From NCBI GenBank assembly GCA_022562795.1, contig JADFOP010000016.1, forward strand, positions 1-38,224: 38,224 bases of DNA, in the 5' to 3' direction. Shown here piece by piece: positions 9,952 through 21,517 of the stretch. Position 1 is the first letter of the stretch, and the number at the start of each line of letters is the position of its first letter. A program made the translations under genes and the position numbers. The notes below the pieces were generated by a model. The model was not told where the DNA came from. It worked only from the letters and a program-made list of their open reading frames with translations, and ran no database searches. Source of the DNA: Nitrospinota bacterium. Its GTDB lineage: Bacteria; JADFOP01.

Positions 9952-10608
9952 ATGCCAATGGTTCAAGTTGCCCCATCTATACTCGCCTGCGATTTCTCCC
10001 GCATGGGTGAGGAGGTGGCCGCCGTGGCCGCTGCCGGCGCCGACCTCCTCCACGTGGACGTCATGGATGGCCGATTTGTGCCCAACATCTCCATCGGCGT
10101 CCCCGTGGTCACGAGCCTCCGGCGGGTCACCGACCTGCCCCTAGACGTCCACCTCATGGTGATGGAGCCTGAGCGCTACATTGAGGCCTTCGCCGAAGCC
10201 GGGGCCGATTACATCTCCGTTCATGTCGAGGTCTGCGGCCACCTCCAGGGGACTCTCATGCTCATTAAAGAGATGGAGGTGAAGGCCGGCGTCGTCCTCA
10301 ACCCATCCACGCCCTTAAACACCCTCGATGAAGTTCTGCCCGAGGCCGACTATGTCCTGCTGATGGGCGTCAACCCCGGTTTCGGTGGCCAGAAGTTCAT
10401 CGACAGCGTGGAGGGAAAAGTCGCTAGGCTTCGGAGCAGAATCGACGAGGCGGGACTTCCCACCCTCATCGAGGTGGACGGAGGGGTCACATTAGACAAT
10501 GCCGGGCGCCTTCGCAAAGCCGGGGTAGATATTCTGGTGGCGGGCACTACCATCTTCAGCGCCGAGGAATACTCCATAATAATCAAGGCGCTCCGCACCG
10601 GGCCCTGA
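9952..10608 (+). CDS. rpe: Ribulose-phosphate 3-epimerase
   Basis: APSIL, HVDVMDGRFVPN, DVHLMV, VNPGFGGQ, EVDGG; start could be 9940, 9952 or 9958. Confidence 0.97.
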   Translation: MPMVQVAPSILACDFSRMGEEVAAVAAAGADLLHVDVMDGRFVPNISIGVPVVTSLRRVTDLPLDVHLMVMEPERYIEAFAEAGADYISVHVEVCGHLQGTLMLIKEMEVKAGVVLNPSTPLNTLDEVLPEADYVLLMGVNPGFGGQKFIDSVEGKVARLRSRIDEAGLPTLIEVDGGVTLDNAGRLRKAGVDILVAGTTIFSAEEYSIIIKALRTGP

Positions 10609-10621
10609 TAGTCAATTTTCC

Positions 10622-10649
10622 TTGACACTAGTGGTATTTAGTTTAAAAT
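10622..10649 (+). promoter_or_regulatory. sigma70 promoter of the rpsP operon
   Basis: TTGACA-16 nt-TAAAAT in AT-rich intergenic DNA. Confidence 0.65.
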
Positions 10650-10750
10650 TAAACAGTTACGCTTGCTTCCAGCTTGAACGCCCCGCGAGGCGGGGTTGCT
10701 TTGCAGGTGGTAATAGACGAAAAACAGTGTGAAAAAGAGGAGGTGAGTGC

Positions 10751-11029
10751 GTGGCGGTCAAAATCCGTCTGAAGCGGATGGGCGCAAAGAAAAATCCCAA
10801 GTACCGAGTAGTGGTGGCTGATGTCCGCTCGCCCCGCGACGGGCGGGTCATCGAGGAGCTGGGGACGTATGACCCGATACCCACCCCGCCGGTGGTCAGT
10901 ATCAATGAGCCTCGAGCCCTCTATTGGTTGGGCCAGGGGGCGCGGCCCACGGATAAGGTGGCCAGCCTGCTTAGAGGCGTCGGGCTGCTGAAGAAGTTCC
11001 GTGAAGCCGCCGCCCCGTCGATCGAGTAG
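10751..11029 (+). CDS. rpsP: 30S ribosomal protein S16
   Basis: [31 protein letters not shown] gaggaggt. Confidence 0.98.
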   Translation: MAVKIRLKRMGAKKNPKYRVVVADVRSPRDGRVIEELGTYDPIPTPPVVSINEPRALYWLGQGARPTDKVASLLRGVGLLKKFREAAAPSIE

Positions 11030-11161
11030 ACTGCGAATCGAGCAAACTGCGAAAGGGAGTAATACGGCACGCGAGACATCCCGCACGTAAGGGTACGCTG
11101 GGAACGAGATGGACGCAGCGTATGACTGACGGCATGGACGGACGTGGCTGTGGAGGGGTCC

Positions 11162-11395
11162 ATGCTCAAAGAGCTCATATACGGCATCGCCAAGGCTTTG
11201 GTGGATCACCCCGAGCTGGTGCAAGTCAATGTGGTCGAAGGAGAGAAGACCACCGTAATTGAGTTGCGCGTGGCTCGAGAGGACCTCGGCAAGGTAATAG
11301 GCCGAGAGGGGCGTACGGCCAGGGCCATTCGGACCATCCTCAATGCAGTTGCGACCAAACTGCGGAGACGGGCCGTCCTAGAGATTCTTGAATGA
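11162..11395 (+). CDS. khpA: KH-domain RNA-binding protein KhpA/YlqC
   Basis: MLKELI..IAKALVD.P...[17 protein letters not shown]; between rpsP and rimM; SD before ATG 11162. Confidence 0.93.
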   Translation: MLKELIYGIAKALVDHPELVQVNVVEGEKTTVIELRVAREDLGKVIGREGRTARAIRTILNAVATKLRRRAVLEILE

Positions 11396-11948
11396 TGAAG
11401 CTCTTCGGCGCATGCGTGCGATGAGTAATTCCTTAATCCTCATTGGCGGAGTGACCCGCGCCCAGGGACTGAAGGGCGCCCTACGGGTGGTGCCGTATCT
11501 AGGGGCGAGTGAGGACTACGGGGCCTTAAGCAGCGTCATACTCATGGCCGAGGACCGGGAGGAGGAGCGCACTGTTCGGGCCTGCCGTGCCCACGGAAAG
11601 GTTCTGATTATGGAGCTGGATGGGGTGGACGACCGCACGGCCGCCGAGTCCTACGTCGGGGCTGGTCTCTACGCCGACCGACGCCAGCTTCGCGACCTTG
11701 AGGCTGGGGAGTTTTACAAGGAGGACCTCATCGAGGCGACCGTCGTGACCGAGGCTGGCAAGCCCATTGGGGCCGTGACCAATTTTATCGCGACGGGCAG
11801 CAACGACGTCCTGGTAGTAAAGGGCGACGGCGAGGAACACCTCATTCCACTTATTCACTCGGTCGTCCGATCGGTCGACCTCGAGTCCCGGACCATAACA
11901 GTCGTCGCGCTTGAGGAGCTCTACGAGGAGCCCACCGAAGTTTCTTAA
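11388..11948 (+). CDS. rimM: Ribosome maturation factor RimM
   Basis: [26 protein letters not shown]; start may be 11412 or 11421. Confidence 0.93.
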   Translation: MNDEALRRMRAMSNSLILIGGVTRAQGLKGALRVVPYLGASEDYGALSSVILMAEDREEERTVRACRAHGKVLIMELDGVDDRTAAESYVGAGLYADRRQLRDLEAGEFYKEDLIEATVVTEAGKPIGAVTNFIATGSNDVLVVKGDGEEHLIPLIHSVVRSVDLESRTITVVALEELYEEPTEVS

Positions 11949-11951
11949 TCC

Positions 11952-12695
11952 ATGGAAGTCCACATCGTCACACTTTTCCCGGATCTCTTCGCCTCGCCGC
12001 TTAAGGAGAGCATTCTCGGCAAGGCGATCGATCGGGGCGTTGTGGACGTGGTCGTCCACGATCTTCGCGACCACGCCCAGGACAAGCATCGGACGGCCGA
12101 CGATGCCCCGTACGGCGGCGGGGCCGGAATGGTTCTCAAGCCAGAGCCCATCATTCGGGCTCTCAGGGCCATTGAGGCTGAGGCCGGCCCGGCGACGGTA
12201 GTCCTGCTCACCCCCCAGGGTATTCCCTTCTCCCAGGCGCTGGCCCAGCGATTGAGCAAGGAGGAGCGCCTCGTTTTGCTCTGCGGCCGCTACGAAGGGG
12301 TGGACGAGCGGGTCCGGCTCCATTTTACTGACCTCGAGATCTCCATCGGCGATTACGTGCTCATGGGTGGGGAGATTCCGGCCCTGGTGGTCCTCGATGC
12401 GACAGTGCGTCTGCTGCCGGGTGTCGTTGGCGAGGAGCGATCCATCCAGGAGGACTCCTTCCAGACGGGCCTGCTCGACCATCCCCACTACACGCGCCCG
12501 GCTGAGGCCGAGGGCCATAAGGTGCCCGAGGTGCTCCTTTCCGGCAACCACGAGGCCATCCGACGCTGGAGGCGCAAAGAGAGCCTCCGGCGGACGCGCG
12601 CCCGCCGCCCCGACCTGCTGGAGACGGCCACGCTCACCGACGAAGACGTAGAGCTCCTCGCTGAGATCGAGGCCGAAGAGGCTAGCCCAGAATAA
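11952..12695 (+). CDS. trmD: tRNA (guanine37-N1)-methyltransferase
   Basis: TLFP, DDAPYGGGAGMV, CGRYEGVDER, SIGDYVLMGGE, YTRP, LLSGNH. Confidence 0.98.
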   Translation: MEVHIVTLFPDLFASPLKESILGKAIDRGVVDVVVHDLRDHAQDKHRTADDAPYGGGAGMVLKPEPIIRALRAIEAEAGPATVVLLTPQGIPFSQALAQRLSKEERLVLLCGRYEGVDERVRLHFTDLEISIGDYVLMGGEIPALVVLDATVRLLPGVVGEERSIQEDSFQTGLLDHPHYTRPAEAEGHKVPEVLLSGNHEAIRRWRRKESLRRTRARRPDLLETATLTDEDVELLAEIEAEEASPE

Positions 12696-12833
12696 AGACC
12701 GGCTGAAGGGGAATTTCTGTTGATAATTTTCCCTTTTAGGTATCAAATAAGCCCTAAAAATCTCAGATTCCATGACCTGGGAAGTCCTTACTTCAAAAAC
12801 GTTGACTAGTACGGTATCCGGCGGCGGTTATCC

Positions 12834-12862
12834 TTGACAGGCTCGGGGTGGTTGTGTAGACT
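12834..12862 (+). promoter_or_regulatory. sigma70 promoter of rplS
   Basis: TTGACA-17 nt-TAGACT. Confidence 0.65.
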
Positions 12863-12909
12863 GCGGCGAATTAATTAGAGGCGGGCTACGCCGAGGAAGT
12901 GGAGAAGCC

Positions 12910-13260
12910 GTGTCCTATACCCTGGAATTCCTCGAAAAAGAGCAGATCCGCACCGATCTGCCTCAATTCGCCCCAGGCGACACCGTCCGGGTTCACATGC
13001 GTATCGTTGAGGGGGAGAAGGAGCGGATCCAGATATTCGAGGGCCCTGTCATCGCCCGCCGCGGCGGGGGTGTGCGCGAGAGCTTCACCGTCCGAAAAAT
13101 CTCCTACGGGATTGGGGTGGAGCGCACATTTCCCCTCCACTCTCCAAGGATCGATAAGATCGAGGTGGTCCGCCGGGGGAAGGTCCGCCGTGCGAAACTT
13201 TACTACCTCCGTCAACTGCGGGGCAGGAAGGCCCGGATCAAGGAAAAGGGCCGTCGCTGA
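12910..13260 (+). CDS. rplS: 50S ribosomal protein L19
   Basis: [41 protein letters not shown]. Confidence 0.98.
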   Translation: MSYTLEFLEKEQIRTDLPQFAPGDTVRVHMRIVEGEKERIQIFEGPVIARRGGGVRESFTVRKISYGIGVERTFPLHSPRIDKIEVVRRGKVRRAKLYYLRQLRGRKARIKEKGRR

Positions 13261-13292
13261 AAGCCTCGTTGCCTCTCCTTTCAGAATCCTAG

Positions 13293-13928
13293 ATGGACCG
13301 GTTTGAGCGCCAGGCCGCCGAGCGGGGCTTCTCGCTTGTGGCGGGCATAGATGAGGCCGGCCGAGGCCCACTCGCCGGCCCCGTGGTGGCGGCCGCCGTC
13401 ATCCTTCCACCGAAGACGAACCATCCCCTGCTGGTCGATTCCAAGCAGCTTGCTCCCGCCCGGCGCCTCGAGGCCTACGAGTTTATCCTCGCCTACGCCG
13501 TGAGCCTGGGGGTGGGGCTGGTGGATGCGGCCGCTATAGACGATCTCAACATCCTCCGGGCTACGAAGCTCGCAATGGCCCGCGCGCTGGAGGCGATTAC
13601 CGTCTCGCCCGACTATCTTCTGGTCGATGCCATATCCCTGCCCCAAGTTGACCTGCCTCAGGTGCCCCTGGTCAAGGGCGACCGCCGGAGCCTCTCGGTC
13701 GCCGCAGCAAGCATAGTCGCCAAGGTGAGCCGGGATTGGCTCATGGAGACCTACGCGTCGCAATACCCCGGATATGCCTTCGAGAGACATAAAGGCTACC
13801 CCACCAAAGAGCACCGGGCGGCCCTTGCCCGGCACGGGCCGTGCCCAATCCACCGAAAGAGCTTTCGGGGGGTGCGGGAGTTTTTCGAGGAGGGGGCCAG
13901 GCCGCTGAGGCTTTTCAACCCGTCTTGA
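13293..13928 (+). CDS. rnhB: Ribonuclease HII
   Basis: GIDEAGRGPLAGPVVAAAV, DSK, AASIVAKV.RD, HKGYPT, IHRKSF. Confidence 0.97.
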   Translation: MDRFERQAAERGFSLVAGIDEAGRGPLAGPVVAAAVILPPKTNHPLLVDSKQLAPARRLEAYEFILAYAVSLGVGLVDAAAIDDLNILRATKLAMARALEAITVSPDYLLVDAISLPQVDLPQVPLVKGDRRSLSVAAASIVAKVSRDWLMETYASQYPGYAFERHKGYPTKEHRAALARHGPCPIHRKSFRGVREFFEEGARPLRLFNPS

Positions 13929-14021
13929 CGCGGGCGGGCTCTTCTCCATACAGTGCGATAAGATGGTAAGTAACGGGGCGGCTCGCTCGTCTTTCCTTAC
14001 AGATGGCAGGAGGCCCAGCTT

Positions 14022-14783
14022 GTGCGGATGAAGCCCAGCTTCGGCCTGGCGCTTTTGGCGGCCTTGTGGCTCGCAGTGCCGGCCTGGGCGGCAGAGCAGA
14101 CCACGGCGGAGCCCTCTGGGCATATGCTGCTCCTCGATGGGGGTCGCTACCACCTGGGCGACGGCATCTTCAATCGCTACGCCGCCGACGGGTCGCTCTT
14201 GAGCCATGAGGTGGCGGGGTGGAAGTACTCCTTCCCCTTCCGAGTGGGGCGCGATGGCGTGGTCTCAATCATCATCGGAAATGTCATCGGGGTGGACAGC
14301 GGCTCAACCCTCCAGCGCTACTTTAACCGGAAGGCCGGTGGGACCGTCTACCTGGAACGGGTTGAGGATGCCGCCGTGGCCGAGCGGACGAAGGTCGGCC
14401 TCCTGGAGCCCCGCCACAACCACACGAGCTTCCAGTCAGACCCTATCCGCCTGAAGGAAGGCACTTACATGGTGACAGTCGAGAGCAACCCCTACACTCT
14501 CTTCGACCGAGATGACATTCAAATAGAGAGCATCGCCGTTCGAACCGACGATCCGGAGCTCGCCATCGAACCGCTCTGGGCAAGGGGCAAGGTCTACTCC
14601 GGGGGCCTCGATCTCTCCCTCGTTCCCAAGTCCTGGAGGGGGGAGGAGGGCCTCAGCTTGGAGCTCGCCGGACCGACCCGGACCGTTGAGGAGCCGTCCA
14701 TGCCCGCCCCGTCGGAGCGCCGTCGCGGCGCGGAGCTACTGGAGCTCGAGCTTGGGGTCAAAGGGCGGGAGGGCGTTCGATGA
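14022..14783 (+). CDS. Hypothetical secreted protein
   Basis: SD aggagg, signal peptide ending in AWA, fills the rnhB-yraN gap, stop overlaps yraN ATG; no family recognised. Confidence 0.75.
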   Translation: MRMKPSFGLALLAALWLAVPAWAAEQTTAEPSGHMLLLDGGRYHLGDGIFNRYAADGSLLSHEVAGWKYSFPFRVGRDGVVSIIIGNVIGVDSGSTLQRYFNRKAGGTVYLERVEDAAVAERTKVGLLEPRHNHTSFQSDPIRLKEGTYMVTVESNPYTLFDRDDIQIESIAVRTDDPELAIEPLWARGKVYSGGLDLSLVPKSWRGEEGLSLELAGPTRTVEEPSMPAPSERRRGAELLELELGVKGREGVR

Positions 14784-15139
14784 CCACCCTGCGGGCCTCC
14801 CTCGGCCGGAGGGGAGAGCGGGTGGCGGCGAGGTTCCTGAGGCGGCGGGGCTACCGCATCCTCCACCGTAACTGGCGCTGCCCTTCCGGGGAGATCGATC
14901 TCGTCTGCGCCGATGGAGCCACGCTCGTCTTCGTCGAGGTCAAAAGCCGCTCGGGCGGCGGCCTCGTCCCGCCCGAGGCCGGGGTGGGCCGCCTCAAGCG
15001 CAGGAAACTCGAACGCCTGGCACTACACTACTTGGCCGCCCGCGCCCTGGTGGAGGTGGACTGGCGCTTCGACGTGGTTTCCGTGACCCTGGGGCGGTGG
15101 CGACGGCCCGCCGTCCGCATTTTTCAGGGAGCCTTCTAG
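14780..15139 (+). CDS. yraN: YraN family (UPF0102) nuclease-fold protein
   Basis: LGRRGE..AA.FL...GY.IL.RNWR...GEIDL...LVFVEVKSR, RFDV. Confidence 0.93.
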   Translation: MTTLRASLGRRGERVAARFLRRRGYRILHRNWRCPSGEIDLVCADGATLVFVEVKSRSGGGLVPPEAGVGRLKRRKLERLALHYLAARALVEVDWRFDVVSVTLGRWRRPAVRIFQGAF

Positions 15140-15151
15140 TCTCTTTTTCCC

Positions 15152-15180
15152 TTGACAACTAACCGGCCTTCCCGTATACA
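15152..15180 (+). promoter_or_regulatory. sigma70 promoter of rplM-rpsI
   Basis: TTGACA-17 nt-TATACA. Confidence 0.6.
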
Positions 15181-15217
15181 ACACTTTCATATTTAGCCGC
15201 CTTTATAGGGGTTTTTC

Positions 15218-15652
15218 ATGCGGACCGTTTCGGCAAGGAAAGAGGATATAGAGCGGAAGTGGCACCTGGTGGATGCCGAGGGGAAAGTCCTTGGGCGGAT
15301 GGCTAGCCAGGTGGCCACCATCCTCAGGGGCAAGCACAAGCCAATCTACACTCCTCACGTGGACTGCGGCGACTTCGTCGTCATTGTCAACGCCGGGAAG
15401 GTGCGCCTTACGGGCAAAAAACTCCTCAATAAGACTTACTACTTTCATTCCAACTATCCTGGGGGCTTAAAGAGCGTTCAGGCAGGTAAGTTGCGGAAAG
15501 AGAAACCCGTGCGGATGGTCGAGCTCGCGGTAAGGCGGATGCTGCCAAAGACGAAGCTGGGCAGGGCGATGTTCAAAAAACTCAAGGTCTACGCATCGGC
15601 TCATCATCCCCACGAGGCTCAAGGCCCCGAGCCCCTCGAGGTCGAGGCCTGA
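15218..15652 (+). CDS. rplM: 50S ribosomal protein L13
   Basis: [15 protein letters not shown]...[22 protein letters not shown]. Confidence 0.98.
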   Translation: MRTVSARKEDIERKWHLVDAEGKVLGRMASQVATILRGKHKPIYTPHVDCGDFVVIVNAGKVRLTGKKLLNKTYYFHSNYPGGLKSVQAGKLRKEKPVRMVELAVRRMLPKTKLGRAMFKKLKVYASAHHPHEAQGPEPLEVEA

Positions 15653-15664
15653 GAGGAGGTCGTA

Positions 15665-16057
15665 ATGGAGCGGCCCAGGTACTACGCTACCGGCAAGCGC
15701 AAGACCTCGATTGCCAGGGTGTGGCTCACACCAGGCGAAGGCGCCATTACAGTCAACCGGATGCCCATTGATGAGTATTTCGACCGGGAGACGAGCAAGA
15801 TGGTCGTGCGTCAGCCATTCGAGGTGACCGGCACCCTTGGGGACTACGATGCTGTCGTCACAGTCCGCGGGGGTGGCAAAAACGGGCAGGCGGGGGCCAT
15901 CAAGCACGGGATCACCAAAGCGCTGGTCGAGGCGAACGCCGATCTGCGCGGGAAGCTTAAGCAGGCGGGCTTTCTGACTCGGGATGCCAGGATAAAAGAG
16001 CGAAAGAAGTACGGTCAGCCGGGGGCCAGGAAGAAGTTCCAGTACTCCAAGCGTTAA
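15665..16057 (+). CDS. rpsI: 30S ribosomal protein S9
   Basis: [45 protein letters not shown]. Confidence 0.98.
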   Translation: MERPRYYATGKRKTSIARVWLTPGEGAITVNRMPIDEYFDRETSKMVVRQPFEVTGTLGDYDAVVTVRGGGKNGQAGAIKHGITKALVEANADLRGKLKQAGFLTRDARIKERKKYGQPGARKKFQYSKR

Positions 16058-16070
16058 TGATCCTCCGTCC

Positions 16071-16102
16071 GACCGAAGGCCCGTAACCTTCGGTCTTTTT
16101 TT
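16071..16102 (+). terminator. Intrinsic terminator after rpsI
   Basis: gaccgaagg-cccgtaa-ccttcggtc followed by 7 T. Confidence 0.85.
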
Positions 16103-16127
16103 GTATCCTGGCGGTGAGAGGTGAGCG

Positions 16128-17168
16128 ATGATTCCTTGTGGCGTAGCCGGTGCCAGTGGCTACACAGGTTCGGAGTTGCTGCGCCTGTTGAGCCGACACC
16201 CACGGCTCGAAGCGGTGCGGGTCACGGCCGACCGCCATGCTGGCAAGTCCCTGGAGGAGGTTTTTCCCTTCCTCAGGGGCCAGGTGGACCTGACCCTCGA
16301 GAAGCTCGACCCACGCTCCATGGCCGAGGACTGTCGAGTGGTCTTTTGCGCTCTTCCCCATACGACCTCCATGGGCGTGGTCCCCTCCTTGGTGGAAGCC
16401 GGGTGTCTGGTGGTGGACCTTTCGGCCGATTTCCGCTTCCGGGACCCTGCCGTCTATCAAGCCTGGTACGGAGTAAGCCACACTGCGCCGGAGCTCTGTC
16501 AACAGGCCGTCTACGGCCTGCCGGAGCTTCACCGCGACTCCATCAGGGGCTCGAGCCTCGTAGCCAATCCGGGCTGTTATCCAACTAGCGTGGTGCTGGC
16601 CGTCGCCCCGCTGATGAGCGCGGGCCTCATCGAGCCGGGCAGCGTGATTGCCGACAGCAAATCAGGCGCCTCGGGGGCCGGACGGCGAGAGGAGCTGGCC
16701 TTGAGCTTCTCCGAGCTCAGCGAGGATTTTAGGGCCTATCAGGTCGCGACCCACCGCCATACCCCGGAGATGGAGCAGGAGCTCTCGGCCCTGGCCGGCC
16801 AGCCCATCACATGCTCATTCACCCCTCATCTCGTCCCCATGACCCGGGGCATTCTCTCGACAGTCTATGCCAGCCTGGTGGGGGAGCCGACCGAAGAGGC
16901 TCTCCAAGCTGTAATGGAAGAGGCCTACTCTGGTGAGCCCTTTATCCGCATCTTGCCGCCGGGGGAGCTTCCGGCCACCGGGAGACTACGGGGGACCAAC
17001 ATGTGCGAGCTGGCCCTTAGGCTTGATAAGCGGACCGGTCGGGTCATTGTTATTTCGGCCCTCGACAATCTGGGCAAGGGAGCAAGCGGCCTGGCCATTC
17101 AGAACTCCAACATCATGCTAGAGCTAGATGAGACCGCCGGCCTAACAGGGCCTGGCCTCTACCCGTAA
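16128..17168 (+). CDS. argC: N-acetyl-gamma-glutamyl-phosphate reductase
   Basis: GASGYTG.EL, ALPH, DLSADFR, ANPGCYPT, SGASGAGR, HRHTPE, DNLGKGASG. Confidence 0.97.
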   Translation: MIPCGVAGASGYTGSELLRLLSRHPRLEAVRVTADRHAGKSLEEVFPFLRGQVDLTLEKLDPRSMAEDCRVVFCALPHTTSMGVVPSLVEAGCLVVDLSADFRFRDPAVYQAWYGVSHTAPELCQQAVYGLPELHRDSIRGSSLVANPGCYPTSVVLAVAPLMSAGLIEPGSVIADSKSGASGAGRREELALSFSELSEDFRAYQVATHRHTPEMEQELSALAGQPITCSFTPHLVPMTRGILSTVYASLVGEPTEEALQAVMEEAYSGEPFIRILPPGELPATGRLRGTNMCELALRLDKRTGRVIVISALDNLGKGASGLAIQNSNIMLELDETAGLTGPGLYP

Positions 17169-17182
17169 AGGTTGGCAGCGAT

Positions 17183-18388
17183 ATGGTGCGCCACGTCTAT
17201 GGGGGACTGTCGGGGGTTCATGGCATCAGGGCCGCCGCCTGCCGTGTCGGTATAAAGGCCGAAGGGCTTGACCTGGCCTTGATTCTCTGCGACCCACCAG
17301 CCGTGGCGGCGGGCGTCTTTACATCCAACCGGCTACAGGCCGCACCCGTTCGCGTGAGCAGGGAGCACTTGGAACGGGGCCGCTGCCGGGCGCTTCTCAT
17401 CAATAGCGGGAACGCAAACGCCGGCACGGGAGCCGTCGGGCTGGAGGACGCCCATGCCTGCGCCTCCGCCGTAGCGGCGGAGGTCGGGTGCCCTAGAGAG
17501 GAGGTTCTCCTCATGTCAACCGGCCTCATCGGCGTGCGCCTGCCTCTTCAGCCCATTGTTGAGGCCGTTCCAGGCCTTGTAGCATCGGTGTCACCGGCCG
17601 GATGCGAGGCGGCCGCCGAAGCCATCTTAACTACCGACACCCGAACCAAGGCGGCTGCCGTGGAATGGCTCCACGACGGCCAGACCGTCCGGCTGGGCGG
17701 GATGGCTAAAGGCGCCGGAATGATTGCTCCCCACATGGCAACCATGTTGGCCGTCGTTGCCACCGATATCGCGGCCGAGGCCGAGGTGCTCCAGGCGGCC
17801 CTAAGAGGAGCAGTGGATAGGACCTTCAACCGGATTACCGTCGACGGGGACATGTCAACCAACGATTCGGTCTTGCTGCTGGCTACGGGCCGAGCGCCCG
17901 CGGCTTCGCTTGCCGCCACAGGGTCTCAAGCCGGAAAGTTCCAGGTAGCCCTGGAGACAGTTTGCGGAGAGCTGGCCCGCCAAATTGTCCTCGACGGCGA
18001 GGGGGCCACGCGGCTTGCGGCCATTACCGTGGCGGGGGCCGCCAGCGAGCAACAGGCTGCTCGCGTAGCCCAGGCGGTCTCTCGTTCTCTGTTGGTCAAG
18101 ACTGCCCTCTTTGGAGGCGACCCCAATTGGGGCCGCGTGCTTGCCGCTGTGGGGGCCGCTGGGGAGGAGATTGTGCCCGAGCGGCTCGATATCACCTATG
18201 GGGGGGTGGCAGTATTTCAAGCAGGCCGCCCGGTGGAGCCCATTCCGGTGGAGGCTTTGAACAAGGCTGCCGCCGAAAGGGAGATATCCATAGCGGTGGA
18301 CCTCCACCTCGGCTCCTTCGAGGCCACCGTTTTGACCACCGACCTCTCCCTCGACTACGTCCGTCTCAACGCCGAGTATACGACGTAG
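17183..18388 (+). CDS. argJ: Ornithine acetyltransferase ArgJ
   Basis: NSGNANAGTG, TTDT, KGAGMIAPHMATML, ITVDGDMSTND, DGEGAT, DPNWGR, NAEYTT. Confidence 0.97.
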   Translation: MVRHVYGGLSGVHGIRAAACRVGIKAEGLDLALILCDPPAVAAGVFTSNRLQAAPVRVSREHLERGRCRALLINSGNANAGTGAVGLEDAHACASAVAAEVGCPREEVLLMSTGLIGVRLPLQPIVEAVPGLVASVSPAGCEAAAEAILTTDTRTKAAAVEWLHDGQTVRLGGMAKGAGMIAPHMATMLAVVATDIAAEAEVLQAALRGAVDRTFNRITVDGDMSTNDSVLLLATGRAPAASLAATGSQAGKFQVALETVCGELARQIVLDGEGATRLAAITVAGAASEQQAARVAQAVSRSLLVKTALFGGDPNWGRVLAAVGAAGEEIVPERLDITYGGVAVFQAGRPVEPIPVEALNKAAAEREISIAVDLHLGSFEATVLTTDLSLDYVRLNAEYTT

Positions 18389-18491
18389 GCTCAACGAGCA
18401 TATCCCCTCGCCTATTGCGCCGGTCCCATCTCCTATGGTAATAATATACAATTGACCTGCGGAAGGGCCTAGGCCCTCTCCAGGCTGAATG

Positions 18492-18570
18492 ACACACGCT
18501 CTCCAGATGACGCCGAGGGGTGCCCCGTGGGGTATCGGCGCCAGGTGAAGGGAGCGGAGGAACGAACCCC
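18492..18570 (+). ncRNA. rpsB (S2) leader RNA, t44-like autoregulatory element
   Basis: acacacgc...cgccgaggggtgccccgtggggtatcggcg...gcggaggaacgaaccc directly upstream of rpsB; CACAC / GGGUGC / GGAGG..AACCC pattern recognised by eye. Confidence 0.75.
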
Positions 18571-18590
18571 AACTGTAAGGAGGCCCACCT

Positions 18591-19490
18591 GTGTCAGTCG
18601 TCACCATCAAGCAGTTGCTAGAGGCTGGCTGCCACTTCGGCCACCAGACGAATAGGTGGAACCCGAAGATGCGCCGATTCATTTACGGATCCCGGAACGG
18701 CATCTACATAATCGATTTGCAACAGACGCTGAAGCACTTCCAGGTGGCGTACGACTTCGCCCGTGACCTGGCTGCCCAGGGTGGCCGGATCCTCTTCGTC
18801 GGAACAAAGAGGCAGGCAGAGGATGCCATCCAGGAGGAAGCCGTCCGCTGTGGACAGTTCTTTGTTACCTCCCGCTGGCTTGGAGGCACGCTTACGAACT
18901 TTAAGACTATTAAGAAGCGGATTCGGCGGCTGCGGGAATTAGAAGATCTGAAGGCCGCCGGCCACTTTGAGCTTCTGACAAAAAAAGATGCGGCAGGCTT
19001 GGATCGCGAACGTCAGCGGCTGGAGAAATTTCTGGGTGGCATCAAGGAAATGGAGGAGGTGCCAGAGGCGGTATTCATCGTAGACCCACGCCGAGAGAAG
19101 ATCGCCGTCAACGAGGCCAGGAGGCTTGGAATTCCTACCATCGCCATGGTGGATACAAACTGCGACCCAGACGATATATCCCACCTCATCCCATGCAATG
19201 ACGACGCAATTCGAGCCATCCGGCTGGTCACGAGCAAGATTGCCGACGCGGCCTTGGAGGGGCTCGACCATAGGGCGGCTGTCGCCGCAAAGGAGGCAGA
19301 GGAGGCTAAGGCGACGGCGGAGGTTGAGGCTGAGCCCGAGGCTGTTGTGGCCGCGCCTGAGGAGACCGTTTCCGAGGAGCCTGCCCCATCGGATGAGGAG
19401 CCCGTCGAGCCGCCAAGCGAAGTCGCCGTCGCGGAGGCCGCCGAAGCGGCCCTGGAGCCTGAACCCACCGCGGAACCTGATTCGAAGTAG
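18591..19490 (+). CDS. rpsB: 30S ribosomal protein S2 with acidic Ala/Glu/Pro tail
   Basis: [50 protein letters not shown]. Confidence 0.98.
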   Translation: MSVVTIKQLLEAGCHFGHQTNRWNPKMRRFIYGSRNGIYIIDLQQTLKHFQVAYDFARDLAAQGGRILFVGTKRQAEDAIQEEAVRCGQFFVTSRWLGGTLTNFKTIKKRIRRLRELEDLKAAGHFELLTKKDAAGLDRERQRLEKFLGGIKEMEEVPEAVFIVDPRREKIAVNEARRLGIPTIAMVDTNCDPDDISHLIPCNDDAIRAIRLVTSKIADAALEGLDHRAAVAAKEAEEAKATAEVEAEPEAVVAAPEETVSEEPAPSDEEPVEPPSEVAVAEAAEAALEPEPTAEPDSK

Positions 19491-19529
19491 ACCGAGCTTG
19501 AGTAGAAGCGGAAAAAGGAGAGAGCGAGC

Positions 19530-20126
19530 ATGAGCATCAATGTCGTGCAGGTCAAGGAATTACGTGAAAAATCGGGCGCAGGCATCATGGATTGCAAGGA
19601 AGCCCTCCAGGAGACCGGCGGGCAGGTTGAGGCCGCCTTGGAGGTGCTTAGGAAGAAGGGGCTTTCGAAGGCCGCCAGGCGGGCGGGTCGGGCCACAGGC
19701 GAGGGGCTGGTCGGTAGTTACATCCACGCAGGTGGGAAGATCGGCGTCCTCATCGAGGTCAACTGCGAGACGGACTTCGTCGCCAAAACGGATGTATTCC
19801 AGAGCCTCGTTAAAGACCTGGCCATGCACGTGGCGGCGGCCAACCCCATGCACGTATCGCGCGACCAGATTCCAGAAGAGGTTGTCGAGAAAGAACGGGA
19901 GATTTTCGAATCCCAGGCCCGGGAAGAGGGCAAGCCCGAGAAAGTTCTCGACCGCATCGTGGAGGGTCGGGTGGGAAAGTACTTCGAGGAAATTTGTTTG
20001 TTGGAGCAGCCCTTCGTCAAGAACACCGATCAGAACGTTCAGGAGCGCATTTCGGAGACCATCGCTCAGCTGGGCGAGAATGTCGTCGTCAGCCGCTTTG
20101 CGCGCTATCATGTAGGCGGGGGCTAG
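19530..20126 (+). CDS. tsf: Elongation factor Ts (short form, 198 aa)
   Basis: VKELREKSGAGIMDCK.AL, EVNCETDFVA, LLEQPFVK. Confidence 0.97.
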   Translation: MSINVVQVKELREKSGAGIMDCKEALQETGGQVEAALEVLRKKGLSKAARRAGRATGEGLVGSYIHAGGKIGVLIEVNCETDFVAKTDVFQSLVKDLAMHVAAANPMHVSRDQIPEEVVEKEREIFESQAREEGKPEKVLDRIVEGRVGKYFEEICLLEQPFVKNTDQNVQERISETIAQLGENVVVSRFARYHVGGG

Positions 20127-21427
<1,301 letters not shown>

Positions 21428-21517
21428 GGGCGCCTCGCCCCACGGCCCTCGCCCTCCCATTGGGCACGAGAGGCATGGGGCGTTGCCCATGGCCGACCTC
21501 TTCTTGGGAGAGCGACG

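Noticed and set aside
19270-20126. Acidic S2 tail and short EF-Ts as novelties
   Set aside because: Both are known lineage-level variants
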